A DNA stretch of 64,000 bases from Eledone cirrhosa (lineage: Eukaryota): NCBI GenBank assembly GCA_964016885.1, contig OZ024742.1, positions 108,252,001 through 108,316,000 on the forward strand, written 5' to 3'. The notes under the pieces were generated by a model. That model had not been told where the DNA came from. It saw nothing but the letters and a program-made list of their open reading frames with translations, and made no database searches. The translations under genes and the position numbers were made by a program. Below, one piece after another: positions 54,873 through 64,000 of the stretch; the first letter of the stretch is position 1, and each line of letters opens with the position of its first letter.

Positions 54873-56785
54873 ATGAACGCTGCGTCCAACGATAATGGTG
54901 GTGGAGAGGCGGTAAGACTACAAAGCTCGCAGTCAACAACGTCTTCTTCACTAGATTCTATAGAGGTGGAAAGACAAAATGAAAATAAAAAAACGAAATC
55001 ATATCCAAACAACACACATGACACCAAACAGTTCAATGACAACAAAAATAACAGCAAAACCAATAATGATGATAAAAGCAACAATGATAACAACAACAAA
55101 GAAAAAAATAAAGACAACGCCAATAACACCAGCATCAAAGACAACAACAACACCAAGGAAAATACGGATGATACCAACATCGGTGACAACAAGAATAACA
55201 ACAACAATAACAACAATAATGACAACACCACCATTCGGATTCCACAAAGAAACCAAAAATCTCCTTTGCGGAGAAAGTTCAAAAGAAAGAACAATTGATA
55301 TATCTCGACATAACAAATGCTGAACACCTTTTAAAGGACGCTAAGAGATATGTCACCTTCGAAAAAAATGGTGCTTTCAGCATCAATTCTCCGGTAGAAA
55401 TTCGCAAGGAAACTGCTCTCAAAACGATAGTTTTTAGGACAGTTTCCAATTCTACCCGAAAACCAGTCCAATTGTCACAGAAAGATATTGAACTGGTTTT
55501 CAAAGATTCAATGAATGATATTGCATTCATTCAAAGAAGCAAACTTTTTGGGAGTATTTCGGTACTCATGAAGGATCAATTGACGGCCCAAAATTACTCT
55601 GTGTCGCCAATTGTATCCAACTTGTACACCTTTTTCCCTACATACATGGGAAAAAGGACACAAAAGATCAGAATCACAAGTGTCACACCAAAGGTGAACA
55701 TATGGTGGATACTGTGCGGCTTCATCAATTTTGATGAAGACAGAATACTGTCAGTAGGAAAGTCCCCCAGAGATGTATTCAATGGGACTAGCATTGAAGT
55801 TCTGGTGCAAATGAGCCCAGAGCGAATAGCTATGATCCCACAGCGTGTACTCATGGACGGACTCACCTACATAAACCTTTCGGTTGAGGGTAGGCGGCCT
55901 TCATGTTACCATTGCTTTAGCAGGGGTCACCTGAGGGCTTCCTGTCCTAAACTAATGAACCAAAAAAAGGCTCTTCTGCCGACACCCATCAAAACAACAC
56001 AACCACTAACACCACCACAACAACAACAACACCAACACACAAAAATAACCACAACAAACACAGTCCCACCCAACCCCACTCCACCTAAAACCACTGCAAA
56101 ATCACATACAGACACAACAGCTCCCCAAGACATACCCCTCCCCAATCACACAGACGATACAACAGATGAGGCTATCTCGCCATCACCCAGTGAAGACGAG
56201 GGAGAACCCCATCGCTCGAAAAGAAAGAAAAGACATCACAAAAGCAAAAAACCAGCAAACACTACCACAAACATACAACCACCAACACAAACAACAAAAA
56301 TATCACAAACAAAACCCCCACCTCCTGAAAACAAAATACCTACAACAAAACGAAAGCACACACAAGAACTACAGATAAAAACAAACACAACACAAGAAAA
56401 TTACACTTACACTTACATAAACACTGAAAACAAAACACTAATGGAGACCATCACGAACGACCCTTCGGTTTTCACCGAAGGGAAAACTTTCGCCCACTCT
56501 ATTAAAAATAGCAAAAAACTGAACCTAAAACTGATTAGGGTCCCTATACAAACTTATAGGTCCCTAAAAGAAACATTTGAGAAGGATGTGGGTAATTCCT
56601 GCGTGAAACCACTCAACCGCGTCCTTCTCAAATGCCTCCCCCACCCCAGACACCCCCATCCCACCAGACCCCACCCCACCAAACATCTGCATCCCCACCC
56701 CGCCGGAAACCACCACCCATCCAGACAACCCCTCCAACACCCCCATGGAAATCGTGCGGCCTGGTCCCCAGGAGGCGAAGGGTGA
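54873..56785 (+). pseudogene. ORF1 (Gag-like, CCHC zinc knuckle), one frameshift near 55233
   Basis: CYHCFSRGHLRASC; Asn-rich N-terminus is in frame in copy 2. Confidence 0.85.
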
Positions 56786-56822
56786 GTGATCTCTTTTCCT
56801 CTTTTAACTTTTCAGCACCAAC

Positions 56823-59800
56823 ATGGCCAATATAAGAGTTGGATGTGTGAACGTACGCGGCCTGGGGATGCCCTGGAAACAGGGCAAACTCTTAAACGAC
56901 CTCAGGTCGCACAGTATGGATGTGGTAGCCATTTGCGAGTCCAGGATCCACGGCGAGCAACAGCTGGCCCCCATCTTCGATGACTTTGAGATCTACGCAT
57001 CTCTCTGTCAACCGGGGGGTGGGGCGGAGTTGCCGTTTTGCTGCGGAAACACCTGGGCCTCGTAACACACAGTACATCTGGACCTGGAGGGCCGACTGGT
57101 GGTCCTAGACGTTGACGGTAGTGAAGGTGGAGCCTTCAGGCTGGTGGCCGCATATGCCCCATCCGGGACACCGCGGCCAGACTTCTTCAAACGTCTAGAG
57201 ACTTTTCTGGGAACGTCCCGCTCCTTGCTTTTAGTGTGGGACTGGAATGGAATCCTAGATGCACGTTGGGACTATGTGGGAGCATGTCCCGATAAAGGTG
57301 GGTGTAACAGCCTCAAACAGTTAATCGACCGATTTGACCTGGCCGATAGATATCGACTAGATTTTCCGACTGCGCCACTGTGGACGTGGAGTAATCGTAG
57401 CGGAACATTTAGATCGTACCTAGATAGGGTTCTAGTTAGAAATAAGGATAGGGACATGTTAAGCTGTCCACAAATGTTCATGGTTGCCTATTTAGATCAC
57501 AAAGTAGTGACCTGCATGGCCAACCTTGATAGAACCCATAGACAAGGACCCAGCTACTGGAAGCTGAACTTGTCGTTACCGACAAGCAAAGCCTACAGTA
57601 GACGGATTAGCACTTTAGTTAAACAGCACTTGACAGGGGCCATTGTCATCAACAGATGGTGGTACTCTCTCAAGAGGGCTGTTAGATTAGACTCGATAGT
57701 TTTTAGTAAAGAATTAGCGTTAGATAGAAATAGAACCGAGAACGAACTGGTAGATAAAGTAGAAGAGGCAATTAGAAGTGGCAACGTAGCCAGCGTGCTA
57801 GCAACGAGAACGGCCTTGGACCAGTTCTTCGACGCAAAGCACGAGGGCTGCGTTGTCAGAAGCAAAATACGTGCTCTGGGAAACGAGGGAGCCAAAGCTG
57901 TTAGCTGGGCCCGAGTGACGGAGGCAAAAAGTGGCAACAAGTCCACGATTCGGTCTTTGAAGGACCAAAACGGACGCGTGATACGTGAGCCGAAGCAGAT
58001 GTGTGCGGCTTTTCAGCGGCACTTTGCTCGGCTGTTCGGGGGGAACGGCGCGCCGGGAGAGGCTATGGATTTTGGTCCATACCTCGACGGCCTACCGCGA
58101 CTCTCGGACAGCGAGGCAAAGTTCTGCGTAAAGCCGATTTCAGCCACTGAAATAGGGGACGCGCTGAGCCAATGCGGCAAACGCAAATCTCCAGGTCTCG
58201 ACGGTCTACCCTACGAATTTTACGTAGCAATGCCGGACTTATTCTCCGGTCTCCAGGAAGCGGTCTACTGCAAATGGCAACAGAACGGGAGAATTCCCAG
58301 TTCTGGAACCGGGGGCGTGGTCACACTAATCAGGAAGGACGAGAATAAGGGGAATGACATAGGCAACTTCCGGCCCATAACTCTGCTAAACACAGAGTTA
58401 CAGATTTTGGCCAAGGTGTTGGCAAAGAGGCTGGCGCTTGTCGTCGAGAACCTGGTGGGAGAAGCGCAGACATGCGCAATCCCGACCAGGTCCATATACG
58501 ACAACCTCCACCTCATGCGATACATCATAGAGAGGGTAGGGTGTAAACCCGGCTTCGGTGGGGCCCTGATCAACTTGGATCAGTCTAAGGCTTTCGATAG
58601 GGTTGACCATCGTTACCTGGATGCGGTGCTCGAGGCGGCAGGCTTCGGACCCGTGTTCAGGGGCTGGATTGCTGCAATGCACAACAGCAACATCTGCTCA
58701 AGGGTCAAGGTGAACGGCTACCTCTCGGAGCCGTTCCATATTACGCGATCCATTCGACAGGGATGCCCTCTCTCCTCCCTTCTGTACGTACCGACTCTCG
58801 AGCCACTACTGCGGAAGCTGGAGTTATTGCAGGGCATCCCTCTGGAACCGGGACTGCGGAAAACGGCGTCGGCCTACGCCGACGACGTGACAGTAATGGT
58901 GTCGAGCGCCTCGCAAATCGAGGAAGTCGGCACCTTACTGAAGGAATACGAAAGTGTCACAGGAGCGAAGCTGAACCGGGACAAATCCATCGGTTTGCAA
59001 CTCGGATCGTGGAGAGGCAGACCGATGCCTTCCGATGGCGTCGTCGGACGCTGGACGGAAGGACCGGTAAAGCTGCTCGGGGTCTGATTTGGTCCGGACC
59101 TCCAGGTGGAGGTGGAGAAGAACTGGAACGAAGTGACGGCCAAGGTGTTTGCACTCACCCAGAAGTGGGCCGAGTGCAAACTATCCTTGAAAGGTCGAGC
59201 GGAGGTGGCGAACACTTTTATAGCGTCCGCCATCTACTACCGCTTGACCGTCGTGCCTTGTCCAGCCAAAACGCTCGCCAAAATGGAGCGCGCGCTCTTC
59301 CGATTCCTTTGGAAGAGGCGGGCTCCTTTGGTGAGAAGATCCATCTGCTGCCAACACCCTTCTAACGGAGGGCTGGGGATGCCGTGGTTGACGATGCGCA
59401 AACACAAGCTCAGGCTGCGGCATCTCTACGTATTCCTCACCGGACAACCGGTGTGGGCCCCGTTCGTGAGGCGAGCCTTCCCACGACTCGTCTCGCTGAC
59501 CGAGCTGCAGTCCTGCGTCAAGCAAAGAACGAGGAAAATAGGCGACTGGCACATCGAATGTGCTCAGGCGCTCACAGCCATCTGGCAGGCGGACCCGGCT
59601 ATCAGTGGAGACTCCACTTCGTCATTCTATAGAGGGTTGGTCCGCAGCAAGTGCGACGACGCGCTCGGTGAAACTCTAGGCGTAGAGGAAGATGAACTGG
59701 CCAGTCTGTTCGGTAGGACCTTCCGCCCGGGACCGATGGACAACTTCCAAAAGTCCCTGGCCTGGCAGTGCTACCGAGGAGCTCTACCAGTTCGAGACAA

Positions 59801-60263
59801 GCTCTACAGACATGGGCGCCCGGGCAGGGACCCTGCAAAAAAGATCTGTCCGAGGTATGTGCGTAACGAAGGAACCGTCGCACACGCATTCATACACTGC
59901 CCGGGCGTCACTGACCTGTGGGGCTATGTAGAACGACTATTGTCGCGGGTGGGACCAATCCAGTTGACCACGGAGTCCATTGTCATGATCAAACCGCCAC
60001 CCTCCTTCAAAAACGAAGGAGTGGCGGTTTTCCTTTGTGTGATAGCTATGGCGAAAGAGGTTGTATGGTGGACAAGGTTGAAAGGGCTGAGGTCAGACAC
60101 CTTTCTCTCCGGCCAACAATTGATTCTTTTTTTCAAATACCACTTTGGAAGAAGAGTCAGGATGGAGAGAGAGGTGCTGTACCCCAGCAAGTTTTATGAA
60201 AGGTGGGTGAAAGTGGCGAGAATGGCCCGCGTGAATGGGCCTTCTCTCTATATCAGCCTGTAG
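56823..60263 (+). pseudogene. ORF2 APE endonuclease plus RT, disrupted
   Basis: CVNVRGL, YAPS, SYLDRVL, KSPGLDGL, FRPITLLN, LDQSKAFDRV, RQGCPLS, AYADD; compensating indels 57020-57070 and TGA at 59085-59087. Confidence 0.92.
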
Positions 60264-60736
60264 GTTGAGGAAAAGAAGGAGGATAGGAAAGGAGTACAAA
60301 CTCTTCGTACTCCTGGAGATGAGGGTTGCACATTTTTTTTCGGGGGTATGTGTTACCCATATAAACTGTCTCCCTCTATTGGGGAAAATCGACTAACTTT
60401 TTAAATTCCATTTGTGATAACATTTTACACGTTTTTATTGTATGTAAACTTCCCCCTTTGTATTTGTCCCCTTCTTTTGTGCCTCTGTGGCTAATAAAGA
60501 AATATATCTATCTCTCTATCAGACGTGTGTAACTTCGCGGAGAAGTTTCCGTTAATTTATGTAAGAAAAAAACGTGAGTTTTTAGTTAAATTTTATATCA
60601 TTGTGTAACTTGACCACCCGTCTAGGCCTTCAGGTGGTGGGTCAACTCATTTTCGCCCCCACAGGGGTGGAATATCCATTTAAAAAATTTTCTCCATCGA
60701 ATCTTGGAAAAAATATTGTAAAATTTTGATTACGTT

Positions 60737-62589
60737 ATGAACGCTGCGTCCAACGATAATGGTGGTGGAGAGGCGGTAAGACTACAAAGCTCGCAGTCAA
60801 CAACGTCTTCTTCACTAGATACTATAGAGATGGAAAGACAAAATGAAAATAAAAAAACGAATTCATATCCAAACAACACAAATGACACCAAACAGCTCAA
60901 TGACAACAAAAATAACAGCAAAACCAATAATGATGATAAAAGCAACAATGATAAAAACAACAAAGAAAAAAATAAAGACAACACCAATAACACCAGCATC
61001 AAAGACAACAACAACACCAAGGAAAATACGGATGATACCAACATCGGTGACAACAAGAATAACAACAACAATAACAACAATAATGACAACACCACCAATA
61101 CGGATTCCACAAAGAAACCCAAAATCTCCTTTGCAGAGAAAGTTCAAAAGAAAGAACAATTGATATATCTCGACATAACAAATTCTGAACAACTTTTAAA
61201 GGACGCTAAGAGATATGTCACCTTCGAAAAAAATGGTGCTTTCAGCATCAATTCTCCGGTAGAAATTCGCAAGGAAACTGCTCTCAAAACGATAGTTTTT
61301 AGGACAGTTTCCAATTCTACCCGAAAACCAGTCAAATTGTCACAGAAACTTTTGGGAGTATTTCGGTACTCATGAAGGATCAATTGACGGCCCAAAATTA
61401 CTCTGTGTCGCCAATTGTATCCAACCTGTACACCTTTTTCCCTACATACATGGGAAAAAGGACACAAAAGATCAGAATCACAAGTGTCACACCAAAGGTG
61501 AACATATGGTGGATACTGTGCGGCTTCATCAATTTTGATGAAGACAGAATACTGTCAGTAGGAAAGTCCCCCAGAGATGTATTCAATGGGACTAGCATTG
61601 AAGTTCTGGTGCAAATGAGCCCAGAGCGAATAGCTATGATCCCACAGCGTGTACTCCTGGACGGACTCACCTACATAAACCGTTCGGTTGAGGGTAGGCG
61701 GCCTTCATGTTACCATTGCTTTAGCAGGGGTCACCTGAGGGCTTCCTGTCCTAAACTAATGAACCAAAAAAAGGCTCTTCTGCCGACACCCATCAAAACA
61801 ACACGACCACTAACACCACCACAACAACAACAATACCAACACACAAAAATAACCACAACAAACACAGTCCCACCCAACCCCACTCCACCTAAAACCACTG
61901 CAAAATCATATACAGACACAACAGCTCCCCAAGACATACCCCTCCCCAATCACACAGTCGATACAACAGATGAGGCTATCTCGCCATCACCCAGTGAAGA
62001 CGAGAGAGAACCCCATCGCTCGAAAAGAAAGAAAAGACATCACAAAAGCAAAAAACCAGCAAACACTACCACAAACATACAACCACCAACACAAACAACA
62101 AAAATATCACAAACAAAACCCCCACCTCCTGAAAACAAAATACCTACAACAAAACGAAAGCACACACAAGAACTACAGATAAAAACAAACACAACACAAG
62201 AAAATTACACTTACACTTACATAAACACTGAAAACAAAACACTAATGGAGACCATCACGAACGACCCTTCGGTTTTCACCGAAGGGAAAACTTTCGCCCA
62301 CTCTATTAAAAATAGCAAAAAACTGAACCTAAAACTGATTAGGGTCCCTATACAAACTTATAGGTCCCTAAAAGAAACATTTGAGAAGGATGTGGGTAAT
62401 TCCTGCGTGAAACCACTCAACCGCGTCCTTCTCAAATGCCTCCCCCACCCCAGACACCCCCATCCCACCAGACCCCACCCCACCAAACATCTGCATCCCC
62501 ACCCCGCCGGAAACCACCACCCATCCAGACAACCCCTCCAACACCCCCATGGAAATCGTGCGGCCTGGTCCCCAGGAGGCGAAGGGTGA
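60737..62589 (+). pseudogene. ORF1 copy 2 with ~59-bp frameshifting deletion near 61347
   Basis: Lacks the DIELVFKDSMNDIAFIQRS segment present in copy 1. Confidence 0.85.
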
Positions 62590-62626
62590 GTGATCTCTTT
62601 TCCTCTTTTAACTTTTCAGCACCAAC

Positions 62627-64000
62627 ATGGCCTATATAAGAGTTGGATGTGTGAACGTACGCGGCCTGGGGATGCCCTGGAAACAGGGCAAACTCTTAAA
62701 CGACCTCAGGTCGCACAGTATGGATGTGGTAGCCATTTGCGAGTCCAGGATCCACGGCGAGCGACAGCTGGCCCCCATCTTCGATGACTTTGAGATCTAC
62801 GCATCTCTCTGTCAACCGGGGGGTGGGGGTGGAGTTGCCGTTTTGCTGCGGAAACACCTGGGCCTCGTAACACAGATGGTACATCTGGACCCGGAGGGTC
62901 AACTGGTGGTCCTAGACGTTGACGGTAGTGAAGGTGGAGCCTTCAGGCTGGTGGCCGCATATGCCCCATCCGGGACACCGCGGCCAGACTTCTTCAAACG
63001 TCTAGAGATTTTTCTGGGAACGTCCCGCTCCTTGCTTTTAGTGGGGGACTGGAATGGAATCCTAGATGCACGTTGGGACTATGTGGGAGCATGTCCCGAT
63101 AAAGGGAGGTGCAACAGCCTCAAACAGTTAATCGACCGATTTGACCTGGCCGATAGATATCGACTAGATTTTTCGACTGCGCCACTGTGGACGTGGAGTA
63201 ATCGTAGCGGAACATCTAGATCGTACCTAGATAGGGTTCTAGTTAGAAATAAGGATAGGGACATGTTAAGCTGTCCACAAATGTTCATGGTTGCCTATTT
63301 AGATCACAAAGTAGTGACCTGCATGGCCAACCTTGATAGAACCCATAGACAAGGACCCAGCTACTGGAAGCTGAACTTGTCGTTACCGACAAGCAAAGCC
63401 TACAGTAGACGGATTAGCACTTTAGTTAAACAGCACTTGACAGGGGCCATTGTCAACAACAGATGGTGGTACTCTCTCAAGAGGGCAGTTAGATTAGACT
63501 CGATAGTTTTTAGTAAAGAATTAGCGTTAGATAGAAATAGAACCGAGAAGGAACTGGTAGATAAAGTAGAAGAGGCAATTAGAAGTGGCAACGTAGCCAG
63601 CGTGCTAGCAACGAGAACGGCCTTGGACCAGTTCTTCGACGCAAAGCACGAGGGCTGCGTTGTCAGAAGCAAAATACGTGCTCTGGGAAACGAGGGAGCC
63701 AAAGCTGTTAGCTGGGCCCGAGTGACGGAGGCAAAAAGTGGCAACAAGTCCACGATTCGGTCTTTGAAGGACCAAAATGGACGCGTGATACGTGAGCCGA
63801 AGCAGATGTGTGCGGCTTTTCAGCGGCACTTTGCTCGGCTGTTCGGGGGGAACGGCGCGCCGGGAGAGGCTATAGATTTCGGTCCATACCTCGACGGCCC
63901 ACCGCGACTCTCGGACAGCGAGGCAAAGTTCTGCGAAAAGCCGATTTCAGCCACTGAGATAGGGGACGCGCTGAGCCAATACCACTTTGGAAGAAGAATC
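62627..64000 (+). CDS. ORF2 copy 2: intact APE endonuclease fused in frame to C-terminus, RT deleted
   Basis: Open from ATG 62627 to window end; GDWN intact; ...DALSQ|YHFGRRI junction at about 63980. Confidence 0.75.
   Translation, partial: MAYIRVGCVNVRGLGMPWKQGKLLNDLRSHSMDVVAICESRIHGERQLAPIFDDFEIYASLCQPGGGGGVAVLLRKHLGLVTQMVHLDPEGQLVVLDVDGSEGGAFRLVAAYAPSGTPRPDFFKRLEIFLGTSRSLLLVGDWNGILDARWDYVGACPDKGRCNSLKQLIDRFDLADRYRLDFSTAPLWTWSNRSGTSRSYLDRVLVRNKDRDMLSCPQMFMVAYLDHKVVTCMANLDRTHRQGPSYWKLNLSLPTSKAYSRRISTLVKQHLTGAIVNNRWWYSLKRAVRLDSIVFSKELALDRNRTEKELVDKVEEAIRSGNVASVLATRTALDQFFDAKHEGCVVRSKIRALGNEGAKAVSWARVTEAKSGNKSTIRSLKDQNGRVIREPKQMCAAFQRHFARLFGGNGAPGEAIDFGPYLDGPPRLSDSEAKFCEKPISATEIGDALSQYHFGRRI

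Larger units (their letters stand above)
54651..60503 (+). mobile_element. Full-length L1/Tx1-clade non-LTR retrotransposon, copy 1
   Basis: 5' UTR, ORF1 with CCHC knuckle, ORF2 APE-RT-C-terminal domain, 3' UTR ending AATAAAgaaa. Confidence 0.92.
60510..64000 (+). mobile_element. L1/Tx1-clade element, tandem copy 2 (runs off window)
   Basis: Nearly identical to copy 1; starts tctatctctctatcagacgtgtg. Confidence 0.92.

Noticed and set aside
54866-55327. Hydrophobic antisense ORFs (also 60730-61192)
   Set aside because: Mirror of the Asn/Lys-rich ORF1 N-terminus.

Overview
AT-rich, apparently gene-free animal DNA packed with (TA)n/(CA)n microsatellites and retroelements; the SINE types and repeat content suggest an octopus-like cephalopod (inference). 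No host exon could be supported. Recognisable elements: decayed RTE-clade and CR1-like LINE fragments, two tRNA-derived SINE families, four Penelope-like element (PLE) coding remnants (RT and/or GIY-YIG), a non-autonomous Helitron (37068-38825) and a young head-to-tail tandem of an L1/Tx1-clade LINE at a (TCTA)n tract (54651-64000). The main hidden signal is a very dense set of type I hammerhead ribozymes: about 29 full or near-full motifs from roughly 12 sequence families between 3.3 and 49 kb. They lie in short non-coding modules beside (TA)n tracts, often as fold-back palindromes or greater-than-unit-length repeats (PLE pseudo-LTRs / retrozyme-like). They show covarying stems, palindromic stem III, recurrent U.U and C.C mismatches in stem II, and a family-wide CAGAAGA core variant. 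The Tx1 element has a 34-nt GT-AG spacer whose removal would fuse ORF1 and ORF2 in frame, and its second copy has an in-frame deletion of the whole RT domain. All structures were read by eye; element boundaries are approximate.
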